DNA from: Thermoanaerobaculia bacterium
GTDB taxonomy: Bacteria; Acidobacteriota; Thermoanaerobaculia; UBA5066
Reading direction: 5' to 3'
Length of the DNA: 64,000 bases
Assembly: GCA_038214715.1 (NCBI GenBank)
Contig: JBBQRP010000012.1
Location: 43,634 to 107,633 of the forward strand
Every line of letters begins with the position of its first letter. Within the stretch, counting starts at the first letter, position 1. Below the pieces are notes generated by a model, which was given only the letters and a program-made list of their open reading frames with translations, was not told where the DNA came from and did no database searches. Position numbers and translations under genes: made by a program. Below, piece by piece: positions 10,008 to 19,902 of this stretch.

Positions 10008-12398
10008 CTACGCAGGCCCAGCGCCGCGCCCGACCCGCGAGAGGAATCGTTCCACGAGGAGCACGAACTCGTCCTCGCGCTCGACGATGAGGGCATGGCC
10101 CGAGTCCGGCACGACGACGAAGTCCGCCCCCGGGATCGCATCCGCGACGGCCTTCGTCCTCTCGAGGGGCATCGCTGCGTCGAGGCTCGCAGCCAGGACG
10201 AGAACGGGGCAGGAAATTCCCGGGAGAACGGACCTCAGGTCGACCTTCGCGAGCGCCGCGAGCAGATCCCGTAGCCCCGTGAACCATCCGGCCGGGAGCA
10301 GACCGACCTGCGCCCTTCGGGATGCGATCTCTTCCGCGTGCGCGGCCTGCCATTCGGGCCGGTACGCGAGCTGAACGATCGCGTCATAGACCTCCAGGCG
10401 ATCGCCTCCGTTCGCGGCGGCGCGCACGGCCTTCGCGAGTCTCTCACCCGCGCCGCCGGGCTTCCCGTCCGCGACGTCCGTCACCGTCGCCGCGACCAGG
10501 GACCTCACGCGCGTGGGGTGCCGGGCCGCGACAAGGAGCCCCACGTATGCCCCGTAAGAGGCCGCGACGACGTCGACGCATCTTTCGCCCAGCCCGTCGA
10601 GGAGCGCCGCGACGTCGTCCGCGTGCTCTTCCATGGAAGCGCGCGCGCCGGGGGAATGCAGCTGGCCCCGAAAATCGCAGCGGAGAACGCGGTGGGTGCG
10701 TGCGAAGCGCCGGGCGATCGGCTCCCACGCCGCCATCGACATCATGCCGCCGTTCAGGAGCAGCAGCGGCGAGCCTTCCCCGTCCACGCGGTGGGCGAGA
10801 ACACCGGAGAGAGGAGGAGGAGAAGAAGAAGGCGAAAATGAGTTTTTTGGATCGGAAGAGGAATGATATGCAGCTCTGAGGTCACCCTTGACGACCTTCC
10901 CGTAGGGCGTTCGCGGCAGGCTTTCGACGAAGACGAATTCCCGGGGGATCTTGTACCGAGCGAGGCGCGCCGAAACGAACTCGGCAAGCTCGGCCGCTGC
11001 CCCCGCGGGCCGCCCCTCTTCAACCTTCGAAGAATTCCTCTCTTCTCTTTCTTCTTCCCTCCGAACGACGAACGCGACGCTGGCCTCTCCCCACTTCTCA
11101 TCCGGGACGCCGACGACCGCGACGTCCTTCACGTCCGGGTGCTGGAAGAGCACGGCCTCGATCTCGGCCGGGTAGACGTTGACACCGCCCGAGATGAACA
11201 TGTCCTTCTTCCGGCCCGCGATCGTGAAGAAGCCGTCGGCGTCCTTCTTCGCGAGGTCGCCGGTGTGGAACCAGCTCCCGGAATCGAGCGCCGCCGCGGT
11301 CGCTTCCGGATTCCGGTAATAGCCCTGGCAGACGTGAGGCCCCTTGAGGAGGAGCTCCCCGACCTCGCCCGTCGCGACCTCGCGGCCCGCCTCGTCCGTC
11401 AGCCTCGCCTCCGTGAACATCATCGGCCGGCCGATCGAGCCGGCTTTCCGTATGGAATCCTCGAGGCTCATCGCGAAGCAGTTCACGCCGACCTCCGTGA
11501 GGCCGTAGCCCTGCTTGAAACTCGCACCGCGCGCGTGCCACGTCTCGATGATGTCCATCGGGAGCGGGGCGCCCCCGCTGATGAAGTAGCGGACGCTCGA
11601 GAAGTCGGCGGTCGGAAACGCGGGATGTTCCTGGAGCATCCGGAAGATCGTGGGGACGCCGAGCACGACCGTGCAGCGCTCCTTCGCGATCGACCCGAGA
11701 AGCCCGGCGGCGTCGAAACCAGGGTGGAGGACGATCGTCCCGCCGATCGCCAAAATCGGAGTCAGGAAGGCCGCGAGACCGCCCGCGTGGTAGAGAGGAG
11801 TGTAGATGGGGGAGACGTCGTCTTCGCGCAGCTGCCACGAAACGACCGTATTCACCGCGTTCCACGCGACCATCCGGTGCGGCACCATCACGCCCTTCGG
11901 CTTGCCGGTCGTGCCGGAGGTGTAGAGCAGGCCGTAAAGGTCCTCTGGTTTCGGAGAAGAGGAAAGAGAAGAGAAGATTTCTTCGAAGGTCGAAGAATAG
12001 AGTTCGTCGAGAACCGCGCCGGAGACTCCTCTTACCCTTCTCAGCAAATCTCTTCCGATCTCCTCGAATCCTGCGCCGTAAATCAGGGCTTTCGGTTCCG
12101 CGTCCTGGATCACGGCCTCGAGCTCCCCTGCCGTCAGTCGCGTGCTGAGCGGGACGAAGACGACCCCCGTCTTCCCGCACGCGAAAAAGATGTCGAGGAA
12201 CTCCACGCAGTTGCCCGCGAGAAGCGCGACCCGGTCGCCCTTTTTCAACCCGAGACCTTCGGTGAGCCAGCGGGCCGCGTCTCGCGCCCTGGAGTCGAGG
12301 TCCGCATATGTGAAGCGCCGACTCGTCGCGGCCTCGACGAGCGCGAGCTTCTCCGGCGACAAGCGCGCCCTTTCACCGAGGACGTCTCCGGAGATCAC
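10008..12398 (-). CDS. AMP-dependent synthetase/ligase (acyl-CoA-synthetase-like) fused to a C-terminal alpha/beta-hydrolase domain
   Basis: Adenylation motifs YTSGTTGKPKGV, GYGLTE, WFHTGDLA and GRKKDMFISGG. After an S/P-rich linker (SFSPSSSPPPLS) there is an alpha/beta-hydrolase fold with an AASYG nucleophile elbow and a DSGH His motif. The GTG start at 12398 forms a GTGA overlap with the upstream hydrolase stop; the track ORF extends to 12488. Confidence 0.8.
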   Translation of the reverse strand: MISGDVLGERARLSPEKLALVEAATSRRFTYADLDSRARDAARWLTEGLGLKKGDRVALLAGNCVEFLDIFFACGKTGVVFVPLSTRLTAGELEAVIQDAEPKALIYGAGFEEIGRDLLRRVRGVSGAVLDELYSSTFEEIFSSLSSSPKPEDLYGLLYTSGTTGKPKGVMVPHRMVAWNAVNTVVSWQLREDDVSPIYTPLYHAGGLAAFLTPILAIGGTIVLHPGFDAAGLLGSIAKERCTVVLGVPTIFRMLQEHPAFPTADFSSVRYFISGGAPLPMDIIETWHARGASFKQGYGLTEVGVNCFAMSLEDSIRKAGSIGRPMMFTEARLTDEAGREVATGEVGELLLKGPHVCQGYYRNPEATAAALDSGSWFHTGDLAKKDADGFFTIAGRKKDMFISGGVNVYPAEIEAVLFQHPDVKDVAVVGVPDEKWGEASVAFVVRREEEREERNSSKVEEGRPAGAAAELAEFVSARLARYKIPREFVFVESLPRTPYGKVVKGDLRAAYHSSSDPKNSFSPSSSPPPLSGVLAHRVDGEGSPLLLLNGGMMSMAAWEPIARRFARTHRVLRCDFRGQLHSPGARASMEEHADDVAALLDGLGERCVDVVAASYGAYVGLLVAARHPTRVRSLVAATVTDVADGKPGGAGERLAKAVRAAANGGDRLEVYDAIVQLAYRPEWQAAHAEEIASRRAQVGLLPAGWFTGLRDLLAALAKVDLRSVLPGISCPVLVLAASLDAAMPLERTKAVADAIPGADFVVVPDSGHALIVEREDEFVLLVERFLSRVGRGAGPA

Positions 12399-13342
12399 GG
12401 CTTTCCGGCCGGAGGCGTCGAGATCGTCGGCGCCGGAAGCGGGTTTTTGAGGATCTTCAAGAGGGCTTCCGCGAAGCGGTCGGGGCATTCCACCTGCGGC
12501 ACGTGGCCGCAGCGCTCGATCGTCGTGAGACGCGCGGCGGGAAGCTGCGCCGCGAGGCGCTTCGCGTAGTCGACGGAAAGGAGCTTGTCCGAGGCTCCCC
12601 AGAGGAGGTCCACCGGAATGTCGAAGCCGCCGAGCTTTCCGTCGAGAAGGTATGCGGGCATGCTCTTCCCTTCCGCCGCGATGCGCGCGATCGGGCCCGT
12701 CGCCGTCGTGCGGATCACGTCGTCGATGACGAAATTCGGGATGATCGGCGCGGAGGGATCGCGAAGGGCCTCAAACGTCCGGTCCGCTTCCGCACGGGTT
12801 TTCGGCTGCAGCGTGATGTCGAACCGGTCTCCGAGGAGCGGGCCGCCGTTCACGAGCACGAGGTGGTCGACGCGGTCCGGATGTTCCCGCGCCCAGACCG
12901 TCGCGACCCATGCGCCGAGAGAGTTTCCGACGAGAGTCACCCTGCCTGCCGGCAGCGTCTTCATGGCGCCGTCGAAGCCCGCGAGAAGCGTCGCGAAGGA
13001 AATCGGGCCGGAGGCGGGCGCGCTCTCACCGTGCCCTGCGAGGTCCACGGCGACCACCGAGAAGCTCTTCGAGACCAGGGGCGCGATCTTCGCCCAACCG
13101 CCCGCCTGGTCTCCCGCTCCGTGGAGGAGGACGACGGGGGCGCCGCCGCCGCCGGAGAAGACGCACTGCGGGCCCGCGGACGACGGCAGGACGTGTCTCT
13201 CGAAACCCGACGACGAGAGCTTTCGGCGGGAAAGCCACGCGAGGGTCGCGAGGGGACGCGTTCGGAAGACGAGCCCGGCGGCCGCCCCGAGGAGGAAAAG
13301 GATGGCGACGAGAACGAGAGCGATCTTCGCGGCGCTCGGCAT
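12395..13342 (-). CDS. Alpha/beta hydrolase with N-terminal membrane anchor
   Basis: N-terminal TM helix, HGAGDQ oxyanion region, GNSLG nucleophile elbow and C-terminal GHVPQ. Confidence 0.8.
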   Translation of the reverse strand: MPSAAKIALVLVAILFLLGAAAGLVFRTRPLATLAWLSRRKLSSSGFERHVLPSSAGPQCVFSGGGGAPVVLLHGAGDQAGGWAKIAPLVSKSFSVVAVDLAGHGESAPASGPISFATLLAGFDGAMKTLPAGRVTLVGNSLGAWVATVWAREHPDRVDHLVLVNGGPLLGDRFDITLQPKTRAEADRTFEALRDPSAPIIPNFVIDDVIRTTATGPIARIAAEGKSMPAYLLDGKLGGFDIPVDLLWGASDKLLSVDYAKRLAAQLPAARLTTIERCGHVPQVECPDRFAEALLKILKNPLPAPTISTPPAGKP

Positions 13343-13355
13343 GGATTCCCCGAGA

Positions 13356-14351
13356 CTAGACCATGCGGAAGGCCGCGCCGGCCATGTTGTAGCCCACTCC
13401 GGACGCGACGAGAACCACCAGGTCGCCCGTTCGAGCCTTTCCCTGGGAACGCGCGTCGTCGAGCGCCATCGCGACGCTCGCCGAGCCGGTGTAGCCCCAC
13501 TTCTCCATCACGAGATGGGTCTTCTCCATCGAGAGGCCAAGGTCTTTCATCACGATCTCGATCGTGGGCTTGCGCACCTGCGACAGGATCAGCATGTCGA
13601 TCTCCGCGACCGCGAACCCGCCGTCGAGGGCCATCTGCCGCACGAGCTTCGGCCACCCCTCGTTGTTGAGCTCGGGCGGATAGCGCTCGTTGAGCTTGAC
13701 GGACGTGCGGCCCGCCTTCACGGACTCGATCGAAGCCGGCTCGTCGGTACCCCCCGACAGGATCGCCCAGTTCCGGTTGTACGCGCCGTCCGCGCGGAAC
13801 CCGGACGAGACGAACCCGGGCACGTCCGACGGCTCGAGGACGGCGGCGCCCGCGCCGTCGCCGAAGAAGAAGATCATGGGGTCGTTCGGGTCCGTGAGCT
13901 TATGCATCATGTACGCGCCGATCGCGACGACCGTCTTGAGGGACTTGTTCGTCGCGATGAGGCCTGCGGCGGTCGCGAGACACGTCGGGAAGGATGCGCA
14001 GGCGCAACCCACGTCGAACGTTCCGGCGTTCTTCGCGCGGAGCTTGTGCTGGACGACGACCGATGTCGCCGGCGTGACGAAGTCCGGCGAGTCCGTACCG
14101 AGGAGGATGAGGTCGACGTCCTCGGGCCTCTTCCCGGCAGCGTCGAGGGCCTTGCGCGCGGCGCGGACGGCGAGATCGGAGGTCGCCCAGTCGGAAGGCG
14201 CCCACCAGCGCGTCAGGATCCCGCTCGCGGCCTCCATCTTGTCCACGAATTCCGGCGCGATCGACCGGAAGCGCTCGCGAAGGGCGTCGTTCGAGACTTC
14301 GATCTCCGGCACGTACGAGCCGGTTGCGACGATCCGGGCCGAGCGGGTCAT
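13356..14351 (-). CDS. KAS III (FabH)-like protein with a degenerate catalytic triad (Cys retained, His/Asn replaced)
   Basis: Collinear with E. coli FabH. The FDVGCACASF motif is present (Cys aligned with C112). The HQAN region reads SQVR and GNTSAAS reads GYTGSAS. Its ATG overlaps the upstream SDR stop (ATGA). Confidence 0.85.
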   Translation of the reverse strand: MTRSARIVATGSYVPEIEVSNDALRERFRSIAPEFVDKMEAASGILTRWWAPSDWATSDLAVRAARKALDAAGKRPEDVDLILLGTDSPDFVTPATSVVVQHKLRAKNAGTFDVGCACASFPTCLATAAGLIATNKSLKTVVAIGAYMMHKLTDPNDPMIFFFGDGAGAAVLEPSDVPGFVSSGFRADGAYNRNWAILSGGTDEPASIESVKAGRTSVKLNERYPPELNNEGWPKLVRQMALDGGFAVAEIDMLILSQVRKPTIEIVMKDLGLSMEKTHLVMEKWGYTGSASVAMALDDARSQGKARTGDLVVLVASGVGYNMAGAAFRMV

Positions 14352-15112
14352 GTGCCGAGCACCAGACCACCGTCCACGGAGAGCGTGGCGCCGTGGACGA
14401 AGGACGCCGCGTCCGACGCGAGCCAGAAGTACGCCTCCGCGATGTCCTCGGGCCTGCCCATCCGGCCGACCGGCGTTTTTGCAACCATCCCGAGAACCAC
14501 CTTTTCGGGCATGGCCTTGAGAATCTCCGTCGCGATGAAACCCGGGGCGACCGCGTTCACCCGGATGCCAAACTTCCCGAGCTCCCGCGCCCAGGTCTGC
14601 GTAAAGGAGATGACACCCGCCTTCGTGGCTGCGTAGTTCGTCTGGCCGAAGTTACCGTAGAGACCGACGACCGAGGACGCGTTCAGGACGACGCCGCTCC
14701 CCTGCCCGATCATCGCGGGAGCGACGGCGCGGGTGCAGTTGAAGACCCCCCTGAGGTTCACGGCGACGACGCGGTCGAAGTCGGCGTCCGACATCGTCGA
14801 GACGACGGCGCCGTCCTTCCACTTCACGAGCTGGGAGTCCCTGACGATCCCGGCGTTGTTCACGAGGATGTCGATCCGGGAGAAACGCGTGAGGACGTCC
14901 GCCACGGCGGCTTCGACAGCGGCCGCCTCCGTGACGTCCACGCGGCGACCCTCCGCCTCGGGCGCGCCCGCGGCGGCGAGGTCGGCCGCCACGGCGGCGG
15001 CGCCCTTCTCGTCCACGTCCCAGACGGAAACGGCGCACCCGTCCCGGGCGAACCGGAGGGCCGTCGCGCGGCCGATTCCGGCCGCGCCCCCCGTCACGAT
15101 CGCGACGCGCAT
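14348..15112 (-). CDS. Short-chain dehydrogenase/reductase (FabG-like 3-oxoacyl reductase)
   Basis: TGGAAGIGRAT Rossmann motif, NNAG and an S...YAATK catalytic set. ATG at 15112 lies 2 nt after the TonB-dependent receptor stop. The track ORF 14348..17869 is rejected upstream of this. Confidence 0.85.
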   Translation of the reverse strand: MRVAIVTGGAAGIGRATALRFARDGCAVSVWDVDEKGAAAVAADLAAAGAPEAEGRRVDVTEAAAVEAAVADVLTRFSRIDILVNNAGIVRDSQLVKWKDGAVVSTMSDADFDRVVAVNLRGVFNCTRAVAPAMIGQGSGVVLNASSVVGLYGNFGQTNYAATKAGVISFTQTWARELGKFGIRVNAVAPGFIATEILKAMPEKVVLGMVAKTPVGRMGRPEDIAEAYFWLASDAASFVHGATLSVDGGLVLGT

Positions 15113-15114
15113 GG

Positions 15115-17904
15115 TCAGAACGTCAGCCGGAGGCCCAGCTGGACTTCGCGCGGCGCCAGCGTCGCGCTCGCGTTCCCGAAATTCGAATTCGGCCGGAGCG
15201 CGGCGGCCGGATTGGCGATCGTCGGGCCAGCGAGATTCTGCGCGCCATCGATCGTCGACACGTCGTAGTTCACCGTGTTGAAGAGGTTGAAGGCCTCGGC
15301 GATCACCTCGACACCCACGCCCTGGAAGGCGAGCGTCTTCGTGATCCGGAGGTTCATGTTGCTGTAGCGCGGTCCGTCCATCCCGAAGCGGTCGACGCCC
15401 GGGGCCCGGTCGCCCGTCTTGCCGTCGCCGTTGAAGTCGTAGCCGAGGCGCTGCGTCCAGGGCTGTCCCGCGCCGTACTCGAACACGGGCGCCACGGCGA
15501 TCTGGAACGGGAGCCGGAAGACTCCGGAGAGGACGAAACGGTACTTCTCGGCCGAGCGCCCGCGTCCGTACTCGGCCTCCATGTTCGCGGGATCGCTCGG
15601 ATAGCCGGTCGGAAACTCGGGGCTGAAGTCGTCGGCGATGTTCTTTTTGCTCGCGAACGTGACGGAGGCCGTGACGAGGTGGCCACCCTTGATGTTGCCG
15701 TTCAGGCTGAGGACGAGGGCCTTGTACTCGGAGCGCCCGTCGTTCGTGTACATGTTGACCTGGTCGTACGTCGTGATCGGGCGGAGGTGAGTCGCGTTTC
15801 CGCTCCAGTTGATGTCGCGGATGACGATCTCGTCGCGGCCCTTGTTGTAGACCCCCTCGACGTCGGCGAAGAGGCCCGTCTGGCCCAGCCGTGCGGTGAA
15901 GCCGAGTGTCGCCTGGGTGGACTGAGGCGCTTTCAGGTCCGGCCCGAGGAGCGCGATCGCGGGCTTGCTGGGAATGCCGGTCGTCGTCGGGTGGGCCGGG
16001 TCGAGCGTGAGCGCCGGGATGCCGAAAAGCGCCCCGTTCAGGCGCGTAAACGTCACGCGGCCACCGACCTCGCCGTTCTGCTGGAGCTCGGAGAAGAGTG
16101 GCACGAGAAGGTAGCGGCCCGTGAAGATCCCGACGCCACCCCGCGCGACGTACTGGCCGGCTCCCGTGACGTCGTACGAGAAGCCGAGGCGCGGCTGGAA
16201 GTTCGTCGTGTCCACCTTGCGCCCGTTCGGGACGAGGGAGTGGTGGAAGTCGGGATCGTTCGCGTTCAGGTCCACGTCGTAACGCAGGCCGAGCGTGACC
16301 GAGAGCCGCGACGTCGGCTTCCATTCGTCCTGGAGGAAGCCCGCGAGCCGCGTCGTGTTCGCCTTGACGTCCGCCGAGCCAACGCCATACGCGTAGGCGA
16401 GGGGGAGCGCTTTCGTGTCGGTCAGCCACAGGAAGAGCCCGTTCTGGTAAGTGTCGATGCGCGACCGGTCCACGACGCGCTGGACGCCCGCGCCCGCTTT
16501 CACGTCGTGCGAGCCCGACCCGCCCGAAAGGTGGACGTTGATCGTGTCGCGCAGTTCCCACTGGTCGCCTTCGCCGAGGAGGTCGCCGAGGATGTTCGGC
16601 CCCGTCTGCAGCGTGTTTCCGCTGGAGAACCAGTCCGCGGGTACGCCGGTCGTGTTCGTCGGCTCGAAGTACTTCCGGCTGCCGTACTGCCCGCGAAGCT
16701 CGTTCACGGCCGTCGGCGAGAGCGTTGCCGTGTCGCCGAGGGTGACGTTCCAGTTGTCCCGCTGGAGCTCCTGCCCGTACGAGATGTCCGCGACGCCGCC
16801 CACCCGGAAGTTGTTCTCGCGGTAGCGGTCGTACTCGATCTTCGCGGTGAGCTGGTTCGAGCTCGAGAAGGAGTGGTCCACGCTTCCGAAGCCGAGGCTC
16901 TGGTGGAAAGGATGAGAGACGTCCGTGGCCCGGGACACGAACGCTCCCTGGGGCCGGAACAGGATGGGAGTCGTGGAGTTGATCTGCTCGAACGACGCGA
17001 AAAAGTGCGTGAAGTCCTTTACGATCGGGCCGCCGAGCGTGAATCCAAACTGGTTCCGCTGGTAGTCGACCGACGTGTCCTGCTCGCGCGCGCCCTTCGC
17101 GCGGAGCGACGCGCCCCGGTAAAAGCCGAAAGCCGACCCCGCGAGCGTGTTCGTTCCGGACTTCGTGACGACGTTGATGGCGCCGCCCGACGAGCCACCG
17201 ACCTCCGCGTCGAACCGGTTCGAGATCACCCGGAACTCGCTGATCGCGTCCTGCGAGAACTTCGCCTTCGCGAGTCCGAGCGCCGGATCGGTGAAGTCCA
17301 CGCCGTCCACGAGAATCGTCGACTGGCTCGCGTTGCCACCTCCGCCGACGACGGGCCCTCCCGTGATGAAGCGGAAGGCCCCGCGCTCGCGCTCGACGCC
17401 CGGCGTGATGAACGCGAGGTTCTGGAAGTCGCGGTCCGGGGTCGGGAGATCCTTGATCTGCTCGGGCGTGATGTTCGTCGACGAGTCGCTCTTGAAGACG
17501 TCCACGAGCGGCACCGACGCGACGACGTTCACGCTCTCCGATCTCTGGCCCTGCAGCGTCGCGCTGATCTTTCCGCTCTGCCCGACGAGGAGGACGACGC
17601 CCTTCCGTTCGACCGGCGCGAAGCCGGAGAGCGTCACGGTCACGTCGTACGCTCCGGGCGGCAGCGCAGCGAAGGACGCCGTTCCGGCGCTTCCGGTGGT
17701 GCTCGTCCGCGAGAATCCCGTGTCGGGCCGCCTCACGCCGACCGTGGCTCCGGGCATCGGGCCACCCGAGCCGTCCAAGGCCACGACGTCGAGCGAGGCC
17801 GTCGCCGTCTGCGCGGCGGCCGGGAGGGACGCGAACGTCAGAGCCAATACAGCGGCGAGCGCGATCCACCCGTTAGGTTTCGCGAGTCTCCTGCGAGTCA
17901 CCAT
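15115..17904 (-). CDS. TonB-dependent outer-membrane receptor with N-terminal carboxypeptidase-regulatory-like domain
   Basis: Signal peptide, CarbopepD_reg-like beta-sandwich (AYDVTVTLSGFAPVERKGV), plug domain (ILVDGVDFTD, GGAINVVTKSG), a long beta-barrel and a C-terminal aromatic residue (LRLTF). AGGAGG RBS 6 nt upstream. Confidence 0.85.
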   Translation of the reverse strand: MVTRRRLAKPNGWIALAAVLALTFASLPAAAQTATASLDVVALDGSGGPMPGATVGVRRPDTGFSRTSTTGSAGTASFAALPPGAYDVTVTLSGFAPVERKGVVLLVGQSGKISATLQGQRSESVNVVASVPLVDVFKSDSSTNITPEQIKDLPTPDRDFQNLAFITPGVERERGAFRFITGGPVVGGGGNASQSTILVDGVDFTDPALGLAKAKFSQDAISEFRVISNRFDAEVGGSSGGAINVVTKSGTNTLAGSAFGFYRGASLRAKGAREQDTSVDYQRNQFGFTLGGPIVKDFTHFFASFEQINSTTPILFRPQGAFVSRATDVSHPFHQSLGFGSVDHSFSSSNQLTAKIEYDRYRENNFRVGGVADISYGQELQRDNWNVTLGDTATLSPTAVNELRGQYGSRKYFEPTNTTGVPADWFSSGNTLQTGPNILGDLLGEGDQWELRDTINVHLSGGSGSHDVKAGAGVQRVVDRSRIDTYQNGLFLWLTDTKALPLAYAYGVGSADVKANTTRLAGFLQDEWKPTSRLSVTLGLRYDVDLNANDPDFHHSLVPNGRKVDTTNFQPRLGFSYDVTGAGQYVARGGVGIFTGRYLLVPLFSELQQNGEVGGRVTFTRLNGALFGIPALTLDPAHPTTTGIPSKPAIALLGPDLKAPQSTQATLGFTARLGQTGLFADVEGVYNKGRDEIVIRDINWSGNATHLRPITTYDQVNMYTNDGRSEYKALVLSLNGNIKGGHLVTASVTFASKKNIADDFSPEFPTGYPSDPANMEAEYGRGRSAEKYRFVLSGVFRLPFQIAVAPVFEYGAGQPWTQRLGYDFNGDGKTGDRAPGVDRFGMDGPRYSNMNLRITKTLAFQGVGVEVIAEAFNLFNTVNYDVSTIDGAQNLAGPTIANPAAALRPNSNFGNASATLAPREVQLGLRLTF

Positions 17905-17974
17905 CTCGTCCTCCTGAATGCCGCTCGTGCGGCGGACCTCAACTTGCTAAATCCCGAACACTCGGTATGTTTTT

Positions 17975-18004
17975 ACGATAGCCGTGATGAAGAAGCGCTG
18001 TCAA
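17975..18004 (-). promoter_or_regulatory. Putative sigma70-like promoter (TTGACA-18-TATCGT) upstream of the TonB-dependent receptor operon
   Basis: Minus-strand reading GGCTTGACAGCGCTTCTTCATCACGGCTATCGTAAAAACA in the 135-nt gap upstream of the receptor gene. Confidence 0.3.
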
Positions 18005-18039
18005 GCCGAAAGTCCCCGCGTTAACAGGCGTTCCGGCGG

Positions 18040-19902
18040 TCAGCGCCGGTCGCGCGTCCGCGAGCGCCCGCGATTCGCGAGCTTTTCCGTGAGCTGGAGG
18101 TTCCGGCGAATCTGCTCGAGCATCTTCGCCTCGAGCCCGCGCCCGGCGGAGACCCGCGTGTCCCGCCTCTTCGCGCGGCCGAAGGCCTGCCGCGCGGCGC
18201 GTGCGTCCCCGAGCGCGAGGTACGCCAGGCCGAGATGGGTCAGGCCGGTAGGCGTCTCGCCCAGGTCCGTCGCGCGGCGCAGACATTCGACCGCGCGGTC
18301 GTATTCGCGGCGCTTGTAGTGGACCCAGCCCTTGGCGGCGAGCGGGAACTGACGCATCTCCTTCGGTGAGAGCTTGAGCGAGAGGTCCGCGAGCTCGAGG
18401 GCCGCGTCGAGGTCCTCGCCCATCTCCGCGAGCGTGGAAGCGCGCTGGAAATACGCGATCGAACGCGCGTAATTCGACTTCACGACGCCGAGCATCTCCT
18501 CGGCGACGCGGCTTCCCTCCCGGAACTTTCCCTCGGCCTTCAGCGCTTCGAGCAGCGTCGTGTAGGCGGCGGCCGCCACCATTTCGCCGGGAGCCCGGGA
18601 AAGCACGCGGCGCGTCGTCGCGACCGCCTCCGACGTTCGCCCCACGGCCGAGCACAGAAGCGCATAGGCAATCAGAAGCGTCGGGTTCTCCGGGTCCAGC
18701 TTCAGGGCCCGCCGGTAGAGCGCCATCGCCTTGCCGGGATCGCGCACCGCGGCAGCCTCGGCCTTCCGCGCGAGGACCGCGGCCTCGCCCGCGACCTTCG
18801 GGAGGGCCCGCGCGCCCGAGGGTGCAAGGAGCTTCGAGGCCTCCTGATATTCGATGCGGTTCGGGTTCAGCTCGAGGGCGGACTGGAACCTCTCGGCGGC
18901 CTTCTGCGTCCATCCGCGATCGAGATAGCAGAGCCCGAGCTGGTAGAGCGCGTCCTCGTCGTCGGGATCGAGGCGGGACGCCTTCTGGAATGCCTCGGTC
19001 GCCTCGGTGAGGCGGCCGCGCTCGTACGCGATCGTCCCGAGGAGCGAATAGGCCTGCGCGTTCTCGTCGATCGCAACGGCTTTCTTGAGGAACGTCTCCG
19101 CGCGCGCGAGCTGTCCCTTCAGCGCGAAGAGCGCGCCGAGCGTGAAGTATGGAAGGAACGCGTCGGGCTTGATCGCCACGGCCTCCTTGAGGACCTCGAG
19201 CGCACGGTCCGTGCGGCCCGCCTCGTTTTCGAGGACACCCGTGTACACGAGAGCGTCGAAGTGCTTCGGTTCCTTCGCGAGGACCGCGCGCAGCATCGTG
19301 GCGGCACGGTCGGTTTCCCCTTCGTTGAAATACGTCTCGCCGAGGAAGAACGCGAGATCAGCGTTTCGCTTGTCGAGCCGGTAAGCCTCCTCGAGGACCT
19401 TCACGGCCTTGTCCGGATCGAGCGCATAGAACGCGAATTCGGCGTCGGAGAGGAGACCCTTGAAGCGCTCCCGCCGCTCGCCCGAAAATCCGCCGAGCAC
19501 GCGTTCCTTTCTCTCGAGGAAGCGCTCGCGCTTCTCCATCGCGGTCATGTGGTGGTCGACCCGTGTCTCCCAGAGATCGAGGAGCTCCTCCTCGACGAGA
19601 AGGCCCTTCCTCTCGAGCAGGTCCTTGAGCGCGAGGAGTCCCGTCTGTGCGACGAAACCGTTCTTCTCCTGCCGGTTGAGCGCTTCGAGCAGCATCTTGA
19701 GCGTCTCGGCGCTGCGCTTGACGATTTCCTCGAGGACGCTGACTCTCTCGAGGAGGTGCTCGTCCATCGAGACGCCTTCTTCCTGCTGAGTCGCCTCCTC
19801 GTACGCGTCGGTCGCGCCCGACACGACGAGGAGCTTGCTCTGGCACTTGACGCAGTATTCCCGGTCGAGCTCGTTCGACGCCCCGCAGACCTGACAGATC
19901 AC
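18040..19902 (-). CDS. Zinc-ribbon plus multi-TPR repeat protein (cytoplasmic, hypothetical)
   Basis: N-terminal C4 motif (CQVCG...CVKCQ) followed by about 10 TPR-like repeats. The GTG start at 19902 forms a GTGA overlap with the hbd stop. A 70-nt-overlapping ATG at 19968 is the alternative. Confidence 0.65.
   Translation of the reverse strand: MICQVCGASNELDREYCVKCQSKLLVVSGATDAYEEATQQEEGVSMDEHLLERVSVLEEIVKRSAETLKMLLEALNRQEKNGFVAQTGLLALKDLLERKGLLVEEELLDLWETRVDHHMTAMEKRERFLERKERVLGGFSGERRERFKGLLSDAEFAFYALDPDKAVKVLEEAYRLDKRNADLAFFLGETYFNEGETDRAATMLRAVLAKEPKHFDALVYTGVLENEAGRTDRALEVLKEAVAIKPDAFLPYFTLGALFALKGQLARAETFLKKAVAIDENAQAYSLLGTIAYERGRLTEATEAFQKASRLDPDDEDALYQLGLCYLDRGWTQKAAERFQSALELNPNRIEYQEASKLLAPSGARALPKVAGEAAVLARKAEAAAVRDPGKAMALYRRALKLDPENPTLLIAYALLCSAVGRTSEAVATTRRVLSRAPGEMVAAAAYTTLLEALKAEGKFREGSRVAEEMLGVVKSNYARSIAYFQRASTLAEMGEDLDAALELADLSLKLSPKEMRQFPLAAKGWVHYKRREYDRAVECLRRATDLGETPTGLTHLGLAYLALGDARAARQAFGRAKRRDTRVSAGRGLEAKMLEQIRRNLQLTEKLANRGRSRTRDRR

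Noticed and set aside
10800-12010. Three lower-GC purine-rich patches inside the ligase-hydrolase gene as possible foreign insertions or mini-elements
   Set aside because: They are in-frame and translate to Ser/Glu/Lys/Pro low-complexity linkers (SSLSSSPKPED, REEEREERNSSKVEEG, SFSPSSSPPPLS). Codon choice for these residues explains the composition.
13356-15112. Calling the SDR and KAS III pair simply fabG/fabH of core fatty-acid synthesis
   Set aside because: There is no fabD, acpP or fabF nearby. The KAS III-like protein lacks the His/Asn of the triad. The genes are embedded between a TonB-dependent receptor and hydrolase/ligase genes, so a housekeeping FAS II role is unlikely. I kept the annotation as FabG-like and KAS III-like only.
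10008-15112. Strict identification as an oleABCD olefin operon
   Set aside because: The [18 protein letters not shown] is real. However, the OleD counterpart would be an extended SDR/epimerase fold, OleA retains Cys-His-Asn, and the known fusion is OleB-OleC and not ligase-hydrolase. I therefore report it only as an Ole-like hypothesis.
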